From NCBI GenBank assembly GCA_963805085.1, contig CAWDTA010000002.1:704001-768000 (forward strand): a stretch of DNA of 64,000 nucleotides, read 5' to 3'. The notes under the pieces are model-generated. The model was not told the origin of the DNA. It saw only the letters and a program-made list of their open reading frames with translations, and did not search any database. Shown in pieces: positions 17,352 to 29,515 of the stretch. The DNA is from an uncultured Veillonellaceae bacterium (GTDB taxonomy: Bacteria; Bacillota; Negativicutes; JARBTT01). How positions within the stretch are numbered: position 1 is the first letter of the stretch; every line of letters starts with the position of its first letter. A program made the position numbers and the translations under genes.

Positions 17352-19331
17352 TCAAACTTTAAATTTCTTAATTGCATCTTGCAAATCAATTGCCATTTTT
17401 GATACATACTGGCTAGACGATGCTATTTCTTCCATTGCCGCCGATTGTTCTTCTGTAGCTGCCGAAATTGTTTGGGTTTGTTCTGCTGTATTTTTACTTT
17501 CGTGATTCATATTTTGTGCCGCATTAACTACACTTTGCGTACCACTTGTCAATTGTTCACTAGCCGCTGAAATTTCATGAATCTGATCTGATATTGCTTT
17601 AATCATTTTCAAAATCTCCCTAAAGCTTTGACCTGCTAGATTAACCACTTTTGCACCTATATCGACTTCTTTTTTACTTTCTTTCATAAAGGAAACAGCG
17701 CTATCGGTTTTAGCTTGTACTTCACTAATCAAGCCAGTAATTTGTTTTGCCGCTCCACTTGATTGTTCCGCAAGTTTACGAACTTCTTCAGCAACAACAG
17801 CAAATCCTCGTCCGGCTTCGCCAGCTCTAGCCGCTTCAATTGCAGCATTTAGCGCTAATAAATTCGTTTGCGCCGCGATGCTAACGATTACCTCAATAAT
17901 TTGTCCAATCTGACTTGATTTTTCTTCTAATATAGCAATGACAGTTACTGTATCATTGGTTTTTTGTTCAATAACACCCATTTGGGTAACAACTTTTTCT
18001 ACTGCTTTTTCACCATTACTGGCTGAAACTGCTGTCTTTGCAGTCGAGGTTGCCACCACCATAGTATTTTCTGCAACTTGATTAATTCCTTTTGCCATTT
18101 CAGCTACAATATTACTAGTGCCATTTGCCAATTCAAGTTGATTTTCAGCACCACTAGCCACTTCAATAATTGAACCAGCTACTTGATTTGACGCTTGTGC
18201 CGCTTGTTCTGCACTCGCCGTAAGTTGCTGCGTCGAAGCAACAACCTGTTCAGATGTTACATTTACTTTGGCAATTAATTGCCGAAGCTGATATACCATT
18301 TTATTAAAACTGCTTGCTAATTTCGCGACTTCATCACTGCCAGTTACTATCGCTTGAATTGTCAAATCTCCGCCAGATACAATATTGGCTTGATCAGCTA
18401 ACATTTCTATCCGCCTTGTTATTCGTTTTGCAATAAAATTAGTTGCAATAAAAATTACTATTATCGCAAAAAATGCCGCCAATCCAAATAACCATTTTAA
18501 TTTTACAAGAGGTGCGTACACAATCGCTTGTGGCACACCAATCGCCAAAATCCATCCCGTCGTCGGTACTTTTTGATAAGCTATAATTTGATTTTCATTA
18601 TTATAACAAACATTCATTAATCCTTGATCTTTAATCCGTGCCGTCTTGAAGAGGTCTGCTAAAACGTTTAGCTTTTGATCCTCAAGAATATTTTTCGACA
18701 TCAAATCAGCATCAGGATGTGCCAAGATTACACCTTTGGCGTCAATAAGAAAAGCATAGCCCACTCCATGAAAATTAATATTGCTAACATTATCCAGCAA
18801 TGTTTGAAGTAATATATCTTCAGCAAGAACTCCACGCACTTGTTCCGTTGAACTTTTTAATGGCACCGCCACCGATACCGCCATTTTATTGGTACCTTCA
18901 TCCAAATATGGATCAGTAATGATAAGCTTTTCCTTCTCATGTGCCTCTTTATACCAAAGGCGAGAACGCGGATCAAAATCGGGCCCCGCAATCCAGCCAC
19001 TACCATCAACCATTTTTCCATCAGAAGAACCGAAGTACATTGTAAGTAGCTCTTTATCAAAAAAATTATATCCTGCCACCATCGGCGTTGTTATTTCTCC
19101 ATCGCCAACTGTAGTTTGTATAGTGCCGGCTACGATTTCCAGCATATCTACTTTTCCGATTAACCAGCCATTAATAGTATTCACATGCGAGCTAACCGTA
19201 GCATTCATTTCTTGCTTAATCCCTTCCGACACTTGTTTTTCAGAAAATAAATAACCAATAATGGAAAACACTAAAATGATTGTTACCATTAATAACGAAA
19301 AGATTAACGTTAATTTATTCTTTAAGTTCAA
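17352..19331 (-). CDS. Methyl-accepting chemotaxis protein (dCache_1-HAMP-MCP)
   Basis: Two TM segments, [13 protein letters not shown] Cache motif, [27 protein letters not shown]. Confidence 0.95.
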   Translation of the reverse strand: MNLKNKLTLIFSLLMVTIILVFSIIGYLFSEKQVSEGIKQEMNATVSSHVNTINGWLIGKVDMLEIVAGTIQTTVGDGEITTPMVAGYNFFDKELLTMYFGSSDGKMVDGSGWIAGPDFDPRSRLWYKEAHEKEKLIITDPYLDEGTNKMAVSVAVPLKSSTEQVRGVLAEDILLQTLLDNVSNINFHGVGYAFLIDAKGVILAHPDADLMSKNILEDQKLNVLADLFKTARIKDQGLMNVCYNNENQIIAYQKVPTTGWILAIGVPQAIVYAPLVKLKWLFGLAAFFAIIVIFIATNFIAKRITRRIEMLADQANIVSGGDLTIQAIVTGSDEVAKLASSFNKMVYQLRQLIAKVNVTSEQVVASTQQLTASAEQAAQASNQVAGSIIEVASGAENQLELANGTSNIVAEMAKGINQVAENTMVVATSTAKTAVSASNGEKAVEKVVTQMGVIEQKTNDTVTVIAILEEKSSQIGQIIEVIVSIAAQTNLLALNAAIEAARAGEAGRGFAVVAEEVRKLAEQSSGAAKQITGLISEVQAKTDSAVSFMKESKKEVDIGAKVVNLAGQSFREILKMIKAISDQIHEISAASEQLTSGTQSVVNAAQNMNHESKNTAEQTQTISAATEEQSAAMEEIASSSQYVSKMAIDLQDAIKKFKV

Positions 19332-19668
19332 AATCGTCTCCTCCTAAATTTTCACTACATGAAAAACTAAATAACCTCTAGCTTTTTAGCTATTTATTAA
19401 AAAATTATGAATATTTTTCTCATTTTATAAATGATATTAATAGTCACGATTTCATAGGTTTATACTTATACAGTATCGTTGCTTTTTTATCAATAACATA
19501 CTATAATTATGTAATATATGTGGTATTTATAATTGATTTCACTGTAGTAATTCGTGCAGAATCATCATTGCATCGCTTATAGTCTTAATTTTCATACACA
19601 TAAAGACATTCTTAACTGCAAACCCTAATTCGGAAGTTACTAACTACTACTAAGAAGGAAGTTGTACT

Positions 19669-20478
19669 ATGGACGATATCAAAAATAATATCATTAATGA
19701 ACTGACCAAAATTGGATTGACTAAATACGAAGCTATGGTATATATAGCTTTATTAAAAACCCCCCGGATTACTGCTTATGAACTCAGTAAACGTTCCAAT
19801 GTCCCACAATCCAAAGTATACGCTACTGTCAAAGATCTTGTTCGTAAACGCATAATTACATTGTCCGATCAGCTATCTCCCAGCAAATATATCGCTATTC
19901 CCCTAGAAGATTTTTTAGAAAACTATAAAAAAGAAACCGCATCCCGTATAGAATACATAAAAGAAAATACTAAACATATAAATGATAGTACGGAATATGA
20001 TTATTTTCTGCACTTTTATGGTACAGATGAAATAAACACTAAAGTCAAAGATATGATCATTAACAGCAAAAAGAGTATTTATTTAGACATTTGGGCAGAG
20101 GATTATGAGGCGTTATATAATGATTTGCTTTCAGCGCATAATAGAGGTGTCAAGATAGTTTCTGTTATTTATGGAAAAGTCAACAATGAATTAGGCACTG
20201 TATACTATCATGAAATGGCGGGTATGAGGGAAGATGCTAATGAAAACGGCAAGTGGCTATCGTTAGTCATTGATTACTCTCAATGTTTATTCAGTATCCT
20301 AAAAATTAAAGATAGCTGCGCTGTCTGGACACAAAATGAGTCTTTTATGCTTGTTACCGAATGTTTTATAACGCATGATATACTTATTGCAGAAATATAC
20401 TCTAAATTTAGGCCTCTGCTAGATAAAGAATTCGGCTATAATTTGGCAAATATAAGAAAAAACTTATATATAGGATAA
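19669..20478 (+). CDS. TrmB-family transcriptional regulator
   Basis: GLTKYEAMVYIALL...VPQSKVY wHTH plus PLD-like effector domain. Confidence 0.88.
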   Translation: MDDIKNNIINELTKIGLTKYEAMVYIALLKTPRITAYELSKRSNVPQSKVYATVKDLVRKRIITLSDQLSPSKYIAIPLEDFLENYKKETASRIEYIKENTKHINDSTEYDYFLHFYGTDEINTKVKDMIINSKKSIYLDIWAEDYEALYNDLLSAHNRGVKIVSVIYGKVNNELGTVYYHEMAGMREDANENGKWLSLVIDYSQCLFSILKIKDSCAVWTQNESFMLVTECFITHDILIAEIYSKFRPLLDKEFGYNLANIRKNLYIG

Positions 20479-20520
20479 GTCTAATTTATCTACTTCTTAT
20501 TTACATAATCTTAGACCTCC

Positions 20521-20566
20521 TTAAACCTCCTTAAACCTCCATTGTGCTAAACAATGGAGGTTTAAG
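20521..20566. terminator. Terminator between trmB and arcC
   Basis: TTAAACCTCCATTG...CAATGGAGGTTTAA, preceded by a 10-bp tandem duplication. Confidence 0.6.
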
Positions 20567-20578
20567 ATATTCACTACA

Positions 20579-21517
20579 CTATTGCGTTATAATTGTTCCG
20601 GCATTCCCAAGCAATGCATTCTTTGCACTTTCTAAGGAGGCAATTATTGCTTTTTTACTAGGATTTGCAGTAACGAACTTAACAGCTGCTCGTATTTTAG
20701 GAAGCATGCTCCCAGTACCAAATTGCCCTTCCTTAATATATTTTTCTGCATCATTTACCGTTATGACATCTAAATTTTTTTGATTGGGCTTTCCAAAATT
20801 TATGGCAACCTTTTCTACTGCTGTCAAAATGACTAGTATATCTGCATCTAATTCATCTGCCAACCTTGCAGAGGCTAAATCCTTATCGATTACTGCCGCT
20901 ACACCTTCAAGGCTATTATCTTCTTTTTCAATTACAGGTATTCCACCGCCACCAGTAGATATAACAACTTGACCAGCATTTACCAACCTTTTGATGGTAT
21001 CAATTTCAACAATTTTTTTAGGATCTGGAGATGCCACAACTCTTCTGTATCCCCTCCCCGAATCTTCCATCATGACATATCCTCGCTCTTGACTCAAGTT
21101 TTCTGCTTCATCTTTTTTATAGTAAGGACCAATTGGTTTTGTCGGGTTTTGAAAGCCACTGTCATTTTTATCAACAACAGTTTGTGTAATAAGAGTTACC
21201 ACCGATTTATTTATATTCTTTTTCTTCAATTCTTCTCCTAGTGCTTGCTGAATATGATAGCCAATCATTCCTTGGCTCATTGCACCACAAACATCAAAGG
21301 GCATGGATGGTGTTACTTGCTTCGCACATTCATTTTGCACAACCAGTCTTCCTACTTGAGGACCATTCCCATGGACTATAACAATTTGATTACCACTTTC
21401 AATCATATTTGCCAAATGTACGGCTGTGCTTCTGATTGTTTTTAATTGACATTCTGCTGTTGCTGGTTGTCCTTCTGCTTGTAAGGCGTTTCCACCTAAT
21501 GCTATTATTGCTCTCAT
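20579..21517 (-). CDS. arcC: Carbamate kinase
   Basis: ALGGNAL, HGNGPQVG, PTKPIGP, RRVVASP, GSMLPK. Confidence 0.95.
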   Translation of the reverse strand: MRAIIALGGNALQAEGQPATAECQLKTIRSTAVHLANMIESGNQIVIVHGNGPQVGRLVVQNECAKQVTPSMPFDVCGAMSQGMIGYHIQQALGEELKKKNINKSVVTLITQTVVDKNDSGFQNPTKPIGPYYKKDEAENLSQERGYVMMEDSGRGYRRVVASPDPKKIVEIDTIKRLVNAGQVVISTGGGGIPVIEKEDNSLEGVAAVIDKDLASARLADELDADILVILTAVEKVAINFGKPNQKNLDVITVNDAEKYIKEGQFGTGSMLPKIRAAVKFVTANPSKKAIIASLESAKNALLGNAGTIITQ

Positions 21518-21591
21518 AATGATTCTCCCTTCTTTTTCTTAGTAAAATTCGTCCAAAATATTGTTCGTTAAACATTTACAATCGATCTGAA

Positions 21592-23013
21592 TTACCCTAA
21601 ATTACCTGTAGCCATCATTACTAAAGCACTGATCCCAGCTACAACAAATACAATTGCTAATAATTTTTCAAAGGTCGAAAATACCTTTTGACCTTTTTCC
21701 TTTTTAGCCTTAACAAAAACTACTATGCCCGCTGCATAAAGAATCGTAACCATCAAAACATAGCTAAGCCCTGCCGCATAAACAAGCCATGCCGCATAAA
21801 CGCTAGATATTACCGCACAAATAAGATCATTACTTTTTCCTTGTGGATTAATGTCATATGTTTCTCCGGTATACGCCAATTTCCAGCCATATAGTCCGCT
21901 AAACAAATACGGAATCAATATAGCAGAACTCGCAATTGAATATAAAGCCTGATATGTACTACTTGAAAATAAAGTTATAATAAGTGAAATCTGAACTAAT
22001 ATGTTCGTGAATGTCAATGAAATTACGGGTGCGCCATTACTGTTTTCCTTTGCAAATACTTTGGGGAATATACCATCTTTTGCAGCTACATAAGGAACTT
22101 CGGCCGATAAAAGCGACCATCCCAATAGTGCTCCAAACAGCGAAACGACTAGACCAGCGTTTATAATAACAGCCCCCCACTTGCCAACAAGAAATTCAAG
22201 AACGTACGCCATAGAAGGAGTCTCTTGTTGCGCTAAATCTATTTGATTCATTACCCCCAAAGACAGTACTGATATTAAAACATATATTGCAAGCGTTCCG
22301 ATTAAGCCCACAACTGTAGCTATTCCTACGTCTCTTTGAGTTTTAGCTCTTCCAGAAAAAACAACAGCGCCTTCAATTCCGATAAACACCCATAAAGTTA
22401 CTAACATCGTGCTTTTTACTTGATCAACTACACTGCCTAATTCTGGATTTGATTTGCCCCAAAAATCCAGCGAAAATATATCAACATTAAAAAATACAAT
22501 ACATGCAATGATAAAAAGAAATATAGGGACAAGTTTAGCAACCGTTGTTAGAACATTGATAAATGCTGCTTGTTTGACGCCTCGTGATATTAAAGCTTGA
22601 AGCCCCCATATAAGAATTGACGCGCAAATGATTGATATTAAATTATTTCCTTTACCAAAAACCGGGAAGAAATATCCTAATGCGCCGAATAACATCACTG
22701 CATAAGATACATTGCCAAGCAATCCACTCAGCCAATAGCCCCAAGCCGAATTAAATCCGATATAATCTCCAAATCCGGCTTTTGCATAACTATAAATTCC
22801 GCCACTTAATTCTGGTTTTCTCGCCGAAAGAGTTTGATATACCAACGCAAGAGCTATCATGCCAATTCCTGTAATTAGCCAACCGATAAGAATGGCACCA
22901 ACACCTGCTCCTTTAGCCATATCTGTCGGTAACGCAAAAGCGCCACCGCCGATCATCGAACCAACAACCAATCCACCAAGTGAAAGCACTCCTAATTTAC
23001 CATCTTTTTCCAA
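21592..23013 (-). CDS. arcD: Arginine-ornithine antiporter
   Basis: [27 protein letters not shown]; within the ADI operon. Confidence 0.92.
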   Translation of the reverse strand: MEKDGKLGVLSLGGLVVGSMIGGGAFALPTDMAKGAGVGAILIGWLITGIGMIALALVYQTLSARKPELSGGIYSYAKAGFGDYIGFNSAWGYWLSGLLGNVSYAVMLFGALGYFFPVFGKGNNLISIICASILIWGLQALISRGVKQAAFINVLTTVAKLVPIFLFIIACIVFFNVDIFSLDFWGKSNPELGSVVDQVKSTMLVTLWVFIGIEGAVVFSGRAKTQRDVGIATVVGLIGTLAIYVLISVLSLGVMNQIDLAQQETPSMAYVLEFLVGKWGAVIINAGLVVSLFGALLGWSLLSAEVPYVAAKDGIFPKVFAKENSNGAPVISLTFTNILVQISLIITLFSSSTYQALYSIASSAILIPYLFSGLYGWKLAYTGETYDINPQGKSNDLICAVISSVYAAWLVYAAGLSYVLMVTILYAAGIVVFVKAKKEKGQKVFSTFEKLLAIVFVVAGISALVMMATGNLG

Positions 23014-23092
23014 GGGAAGTCATCCCCCTTCTATTTTTATTGCGATATTGTCACGCTTATATAAGAGTGACAATATCGCCTAAATAGTTACA

Positions 23093-24094
23093 TTATTCTC
23101 CTAATGTTGCAACCATAATAGCTTTAATTGTGTGCATTCTATTCTCTGCTTCATCAAAAACTACTGAATGTTTACCTTCAAAGACTTCATCCGAAACTTC
23201 CATTTCTTTCAGGCCAAATTTTTCATAAATTTCTTTACCAACTTTAGTTTTTAGATTATGGAAAGCAGGCAAACAATGTTCAAATATCACCTTTTCATTC
23301 CCTGTTAATCTAATCATCTCACTGTTTATTTGATATTCTTTTAGTAATTTTATCCTTTGTTCCCATACTTCGTTTGGTTCGCCCATTGATACCCAAACAT
23401 CTGTATAAAGGACATCTGCGTTTTTAACGCCTTCGGCAACGTTATCAGTTATGGTAATTTTAGCACCGGTGTCTCTTGCTACTTCGCGACATTTATTCAA
23501 TAAATCTTCGGTTGGAAATAGTTCTTTGGGTGATACAATTCTAAAGTCCATGCCCATCTTTGTGGCTCCGATCATAAGTGCATTGGCAACATTATTCCGT
23601 CCATCACCAATGTAGGCAAACACCATCTCGTTATACGGTTTATTTAGATGTTCTTGTGCTGTTAAAAAATCAGCTAATACTTGAGTAGGATGATCAGCAT
23701 CTGTAAGACCATTCCATACAGGGACACCAGAATATTTCGCCAAGTCATCAACAATGGATTGATCAAAACCTCTGTATTCAATACCATCATACATTCTACC
23801 AAGAACTCTTGCCGTGTCAGCAATTGATTCTTTTTTCCCCATCTGGCTTCCCGTTGATCCTAAATACGTAACATGAGCACCTTGGTCAAGAGCTGCCACT
23901 TCAAAAGAACACCTTGTTCTTGTAGAATCTTTTTCAAAAAGCAGCACAATATTTTTCCCTTTAAGTTTTTTTTGTTCAGTTCCCATATATTTAGCTCGTT
24001 TTAAGTCTCTTGCTAAATCAAGCATGTATTGTATTTCTTTTGGTGAAAAATCCATTAGTGTTAAAAATTCTCTATTTCTTAAGTTAAAACCCAC
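23093..24094 (-). CDS. arcB: Catabolic ornithine carbamoyltransferase
   Basis: STRTR, HPTQ, DVWVSMG, HCLP. Confidence 0.95.
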   Translation of the reverse strand: MGFNLRNREFLTLMDFSPKEIQYMLDLARDLKRAKYMGTEQKKLKGKNIVLLFEKDSTRTRCSFEVAALDQGAHVTYLGSTGSQMGKKESIADTARVLGRMYDGIEYRGFDQSIVDDLAKYSGVPVWNGLTDADHPTQVLADFLTAQEHLNKPYNEMVFAYIGDGRNNVANALMIGATKMGMDFRIVSPKELFPTEDLLNKCREVARDTGAKITITDNVAEGVKNADVLYTDVWVSMGEPNEVWEQRIKLLKEYQINSEMIRLTGNEKVIFEHCLPAFHNLKTKVGKEIYEKFGLKEMEVSDEVFEGKHSVVFDEAENRMHTIKAIMVATLGE

Positions 24095-24130
24095 TTTAAT
24101 CTCTCCTTTATTTTCTATTAATGATATAAT

Positions 24131-25432
24131 TTAAAGATTTTCCCGGTAAAGAGGCATACTCATACATCTTGGACCGCCTCTTCCTCTTGACAATTCTGAC
24201 GATGGAATAACATGAAGTTTTACGCCATAACTTTCTAAAATTTGATTTGTAATATGGTTTCTTGCATATACTACAACCTCACCTGGTGCAATTGCTAAGG
24301 TATTAGCACCGTCATTCCATTGCTCTCTTGCTCCGTGAATCTTATCACCATTACCGCATCTTATAAGAGTGACTTTCCTATCTAAATGTTTTTCTAAGAT
24401 ATCTTCTAATTTCATATCTTGCTTTTCAATTTTTATTTTTAGCCCATTTCGAATATCTTCATGTTTGGTCATCTCATAAACTGTTAACGGCCCTTCGATT
24501 TCAGAATGAATAGTAAACTTATCATAATCAACCATTGTAAACACAGTATCCAAATGCATAAAAGCTCTTGATGATGGGATATGAAAAGCTAATACCGTTT
24601 CAAATTCAGAATTGCTTTCAAATAATTTTCTACATACTTTTTCTACCGAAGCTGAATCAGTTCTTTGAGAAATGCCTATAGCTAAAACCTTATTATTTAA
24701 AATTAATTCATCTCCGCCTTCTATAGATGTTTTTTCTTCTCTATTAAACCATAGGGGAATATCAGCATTTTTAAATCTTGGGTGATTTTTAAATATATAT
24801 TTTGCAAAGATAGTTTCCCTATTTCTAGTTTGAGTCCGCATATGATTAAGAGTAATCCCATTTCCAATAGTCGCAAATGGATCTCTGGTAAAATATAGGT
24901 TTGGCATTGGATCACAAATAAATGGATAAGAATTATTTACTTGATCATTAAGAGAAGAACGGTTAAAATTCGTTAATTCTTCTCGCCTTACTCCAGCCAT
25001 CATTTTATCAATCATGTCCTTCTCTGAAAAGCTATAAAAGTATTCAGTCAAAGCCGCTTTTAAGCTTTTACTTTCAATAAAAGCCTCATCAATAAACCGA
25101 CTTACAAACTCATTTTTTACACTTGCATCTGCAATTGCTTCGGATGCAAGTTTTTCTAAGTAAAGAACTTCGACTCCATTATTTTTTAAAACACCTGCAA
25201 AAAAATCGTGTTCTTTTCTCGCTACCTCTAAATATGGAATATCATCAAATAATAATCTCTCTAAAAGTTCAGGCGTTAAATTTTCTACTTCTTCTCCTGG
25301 CCTGTGTAGTAAAACCGTTTTTAGTTTCCCAATTTCAGACGTGACATTTAGACATTTACTCTTCAACCCGCTTAATTTTTCACAAGATTCAGATGATTCA
25401 TTTAATTCATATTTCAAGACAGTGTTTTTCAT
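24131..25432 (-). CDS. arcA: Arginine deiminase
   Basis: SEIGKL, FTRD, EGGD, HLDTV, GGPRCMS. Confidence 0.96.
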   Translation of the reverse strand: MKNTVLKYELNESSESCEKLSGLKSKCLNVTSEIGKLKTVLLHRPGEEVENLTPELLERLLFDDIPYLEVARKEHDFFAGVLKNNGVEVLYLEKLASEAIADASVKNEFVSRFIDEAFIESKSLKAALTEYFYSFSEKDMIDKMMAGVRREELTNFNRSSLNDQVNNSYPFICDPMPNLYFTRDPFATIGNGITLNHMRTQTRNRETIFAKYIFKNHPRFKNADIPLWFNREEKTSIEGGDELILNNKVLAIGISQRTDSASVEKVCRKLFESNSEFETVLAFHIPSSRAFMHLDTVFTMVDYDKFTIHSEIEGPLTVYEMTKHEDIRNGLKIKIEKQDMKLEDILEKHLDRKVTLIRCGNGDKIHGAREQWNDGANTLAIAPGEVVVYARNHITNQILESYGVKLHVIPSSELSRGRGGPRCMSMPLYRENL

Positions 25433-26063
25433 ATTTCACCCTTCCTATCTCTTATAAAGTTTTAAACTATTGTGCAATTTATAATCTATACAATCAGAAA
25501 AGTAAATCACATAAAGAACTGGAAAATTGTTGCTCCAAAGTAAGTTCGTAGCTTTATATCCTATAACAGAATAACTAAACCTACTTCTTCTTTCCGAAAA
25601 ATTTGATTGATTCAGCATGCTAAGTGATAAAGTATATTGCATTCAAAAAAACAATATATTAAATACAATATAATATAATAACCCCCCGAGTGGTTACTAT
25701 ATTATAAATATAAAAAAATTATTGATTTTTGTCAAATATCATATTTTTATGTTTTAATCATTTAGGTTCAAAAAAGAATAAATATTTAACGATTAAAAGA
25801 TATTATGCAAAATCCAAATATCATAAATACTTTAAATTGTTGACTTTATTGCAAAATATTACAAATAAAAAAAATAATTATTCATTTTAAAAATTTTTTT
25901 ATTTTTTATAGACAAATACAACAATTTGTTACATTTCGACTTAATTCGACCAATATATTTAGAAAATAGATATTTAAACCAAAACTGACACCATATGAAA
26001 TATGATGTCAGTTTGCATAATTTTATAATATTGAGTTATAGAGCTCTTATACTTAGTATTTCT

Positions 26064-26615
26064 TTAATAACAGTTTATAATATCTTTATAATTTCCAATA
26101 TCATCTATCGAAATAGTTTTAAAGTTATCACTTAAAGTATCTTCACTCAAAGATTTATTATCTAATAAAATTCTAAATTTAGTAATAACTTGCTTGACTA
26201 TATCCGCTGATGTAATTACTACAAAAATAGTATTAGCACCAGCAATAGTGCCAATTATCTCTGGCCATTTTACATAATCAATGAAAAAAGCAACTGCTTC
26301 AGCCGTACCAGCTAATGTTTTAATTACAACAATGTTTCCGCTAAAATCAACAGATATAATAGAATCCTGAAAAATTCTCAACCGAGTTTGAGCATAAGCA
26401 GCATTTTGACCTACTGGAAGCGAGTATCGGTACCGTCCATTGCCGATTGGCAGTTTAAGTAACATTAATCTTCTAATATCTCTTGACACTGTGGCTTGAG
26501 TTACTTCAACACCTTCTTGTTTTAATGCTTCTGCCAATTCTTCCTGAGTATCAATAACCTGCTGTTCGATAATTCGTTTAATTTTCTCAAGTCGTAAATT
26601 TTTCACAAAATCCAC
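26064..26615 (-). CDS. argR: Arginine repressor ArgR
   Basis: TQEEL, TQATVSRD, IIGTIAG; short C-terminal extension. Confidence 0.9.
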   Translation of the reverse strand: MDFVKNLRLEKIKRIIEQQVIDTQEELAEALKQEGVEVTQATVSRDIRRLMLLKLPIGNGRYRYSLPVGQNAAYAQTRLRIFQDSIISVDFSGNIVVIKTLAGTAEAVAFFIDYVKWPEIIGTIAGANTIFVVITSADIVKQVITKFRILLDNKSLSEDTLSDNFKTISIDDIGNYKDIINCY

Positions 26616-26928
26616 TCCTTATTTCATTTATTCATAATGACTAGCAAGAGCCCTTAACACCAATTTAAATTCAAAATCTAATCCACCAGCTTTTAAAATC
26701 ATAGTTTTATATTAATTTACTACTATATTCAATTTCCGAATATAAGGCATTATGGAAGTATGTTACTAAATTTACTTTCATGATATAACTAAAACAGTTA
26801 ATTAGTCAACCAAGTATATTTCTGTAATGTTTCTTGACGCTTTGTCACTGATTAATATACTACTGCCCATAATATCTAACTTTACATCCAAAAATTTTCC
26901 TGTTGAATAGTTTTAGTAGGAAAACTTC

Positions 26929-26965
26929 TCAGTATAAATATGAATAAAATGCATATTTATAAACA
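26929..26965. promoter_or_regulatory. ARG-box-like sites upstream of argR
   Basis: Overlapping TGAAT/TGCAT AT-rich palindromic half-sites; imperfect. Confidence 0.35.
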
Positions 26966-27407
26966 AGTATGTCAATCAATCTGTTTATAATTGAATCTTT
27001 AAAACCTAGCAATAAATGTTAGAAATTAAGGAGATAGTATTTGTTATCGACGAGAAATTCACTCTAAAATGAGAGCATCGTTTGAATTGACTGCAAATAT
27101 TTAGTTACTGATATTGTCAAATGGAGCAGGACTAAAAAGCGTAGAAAAGCTTATATTGCAAAAAAAAATTAACATTATAGTTCTCATGCGATTGTGAACA
27201 TAACTTATCCCTTGATTGTTAATTTTAGTTCAAAAAATATAAAAATTTTTTTTAGAATTAATAGAAATGTCAGACAATAAACCTAAATGAATTCTACGCA
27301 AGACATAGTGTACATTTTTTATCAAAACAAAAAAATGGTAGGATGCCAGTTAACCGTGGCTTATATTTGAATATTTATACACGTACAGCAATGAAATTTT
27401 CTATATA

Positions 27408-27470
27408 AAAATAAAAAATAATCGGGTGGCTATCTTTATAAAAAAGGATAACCACCCGATTATTTTATTT
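27408..27470. terminator. Bidirectional terminator downstream of yitT
   Basis: AATCGGGTGGCTATC...GATAACCACCCGATT with A/T tracts. Confidence 0.8.
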
Positions 27471-27483
27471 ATTTCATCCACAA

Positions 27484-28380
27484 TTAGTGAATTGCTTTCT
27501 TTTTAAATCGTCCACCCATAATATCGTGAACCTCGTTGATAGTTACGAACGCTGCATCGTCTTTTTCCATAACAATCGCTTTCATTTTCTCTACTTCCAA
27601 ACGCGTAATCACGCAATATAAAACTTTCTTTGATTCCCCTGAGTAACCACCTTCACCATGAAGAATTGTCACTCCACGACCAAGTCTTGCCATTAATGCA
27701 TCAGCAATTTCTTCCGGTTCACTGCTGACAATCATTATTGCTTTCGATTCATCAATACCAGCAATTACAGTATCCATCATCTTGGAAATGATAAAATAAG
27801 CAACGAGCGAATACATCGCCTTATCCCACGTGAAGACTAACCCCGCACTACTTAAAATAAATAAATTGATAAACATGACGATTTCGCCAACGGAGAATCC
27901 ACTTCGTTTATCAAAAATAATGGCCACAATCTCTGTACCATCCAGCGACCCACCACTACGAATAATCAACCCAACACCTAGTCCAACCAAGATCCCCCCA
28001 AAAATAGTTGCCAAGAACAAATCATGCGTCAGTACTTCTACCGGATGAAATTGATTGGTCCAAAAAGCCAAGGAACAAATAGCAAACGTTGTCGATATCG
28101 CAAACGTTTTACCAATCTGCTTATAACCTAAATACAAAAAAGGAAGATTCAATAGTACTATAAATAAGCCAATGGATTGCCCTGTCAAATAACTTGCCAT
28201 AATAGAAACGCCGACAACGCCACCATCAATAATATTATTAGGCACTAGAAACATCTCTAACCCAACTGCTGTAATAATGGAGCCAATAAACATAAAGAGA
28301 TATTTTCTGATATACTCCCATGTTTTCTTTTTCTTTGGTTTTGGATTACTAGGTTGAAACTTAGGCTTATCATCTACCAT
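27484..28380 (-). CDS. YitT family membrane protein (DUF161/DUF2179)
   Basis: IIDGGVVGVS, GGSLDGTE, RGVTILHGEGGY, DDAAFV. Confidence 0.9.
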   Translation of the reverse strand: MVDDKPKFQPSNPKPKKKKTWEYIRKYLFMFIGSIITAVGLEMFLVPNNIIDGGVVGVSIMASYLTGQSIGLFIVLLNLPFLYLGYKQIGKTFAISTTFAICSLAFWTNQFHPVEVLTHDLFLATIFGGILVGLGVGLIIRSGGSLDGTEIVAIIFDKRSGFSVGEIVMFINLFILSSAGLVFTWDKAMYSLVAYFIISKMMDTVIAGIDESKAIMIVSSEPEEIADALMARLGRGVTILHGEGGYSGESKKVLYCVITRLEVEKMKAIVMEKDDAAFVTINEVHDIMGGRFKKKAIH

Positions 28381-28678
28381 AGATTCACACTCCAATCTTT
28401 AATGTAAAAAATTTTTTCTACACGAAATGCTAGGATATCATTTACAAAGACATTTAGTTAGATAACCTATATTTTCTTTCTATACATATATTATACACAT
28501 ATTATACAACCCATGGCAAATTGAGCTTAAATAAAAATGATGTAATACTCTAATTTTAGCATTCTTTGTATAATAAAGTATTTTCGTGAAAAAGATAATA
28601 TTGTTTATCCTAAATTGATATTTTTATTATAAATTTAAGACAAAACTTCCTGGAATAAATTTCATTTATAAATTTATG

Positions 28679-28733
28679 TGACCGATTGTGATTATTTGCA
28701 TGATTTTCGTGATTGACTTTGACTGTTTGTGAT
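28679..28733 (+). promoter_or_regulatory. FruR (DeoR) operator: phased TGAT/TGAC direct repeats over the promoter
   Basis: TGAC/TGAT units about every 10-11 bp upstream of fruR. Confidence 0.55.
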
Positions 28734-28755
28734 GGTACTCTAGTCATGAGAGGAC

Positions 28756-29511
28756 GTGATTACTATATTAACAGAAGAACGTTATGCAACTATATTGAAA
28801 ATACTAGACGAAAAAAAAGTCGCAACCGTCCTTGACCTAACCAAATTACTCAATTCTTCTGAATCAACGGTTAGACGTGATTTAACCGTGCTTCATAATA
28901 ACGGAAAGTTATATAAAGTCTACGGTGGAGCAACTTCCATCGATAATAATTACAGCACCCGCGAAGAAGATATTGTCACAAAAAAAGATCTTCATACCGA
29001 AGACAAATTGGCCATTGCTCGCTGTGCTGCAAACTTAATTGAACGCAATGATTTTGTCTATATCGACGCCGGAACTACCACCGATTTAATGATTGATTTA
29101 CTTACGGAAGTAAATGCGAATTATGTTACCAATGGCATTAACCATGCGAGTAAATTAGCTGCTCGTGGCTTCAATACTTTTATATTAAGTGGCAGGATTA
29201 AAAGCGCTACAGCAGCTGTCATCGGCACTGAAGCAATGGATAGTTTAAACCGCTACAATTTCACCAAAGGTTTTTTTGGCGTAAATGGGATAAGTACCAA
29301 GTCCGGTTTTAGTACACCGGATGCAGCAGAAGGTTCGATAAAAGCAGAAGCGTTATCCCGGTGTAAAAAAGCGTATGTACTCTCGGACACTTCAAAATTC
29401 AATAAAATTTCACCGATTACCTTTGCTAATATTTCATGCGCGACTATCATTACCAATCAATTACTTGATAAAAAATATCGTGATTATACAACTATTATAG
29501 AGGTGGAATAA
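28756..29511 (+). CDS. fruR: DeoR-family fructose operon repressor
   Basis: SESTVRRDL, YIDAGTT; precedes fruK-fruA. Confidence 0.9.
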   Translation: MITILTEERYATILKILDEKKVATVLDLTKLLNSSESTVRRDLTVLHNNGKLYKVYGGATSIDNNYSTREEDIVTKKDLHTEDKLAIARCAANLIERNDFVYIDAGTTTDLMIDLLTEVNANYVTNGINHASKLAARGFNTFILSGRIKSATAAVIGTEAMDSLNRYNFTKGFFGVNGISTKSGFSTPDAAEGSIKAEALSRCKKAYVLSDTSKFNKISPITFANISCATIITNQLLDKKYRDYTTIIEVE

Positions 29512-29515
29512 AAAT

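Larger units (their letters stand above)
17248..27461. mobile_element. Arginine deiminase island inserted in the ldh/yitT terminator (no integrase)
   Basis: AATCGGGTGGCTATC at both 17248-17262 and 27420-27434; AT-richer interior. Confidence 0.6.

Noticed and set aside
20513-20540. ACCTCCTTAA tandem repeats as a CRISPR or RBS array
   Set aside because: Only 2.5 units with no spacers; slippage in a terminator arm
26620-27400. Long AT-rich spacer with a 24-codon ORF upstream of argR
   Set aside because: No supportable gene or RNA; probably island-edge decay
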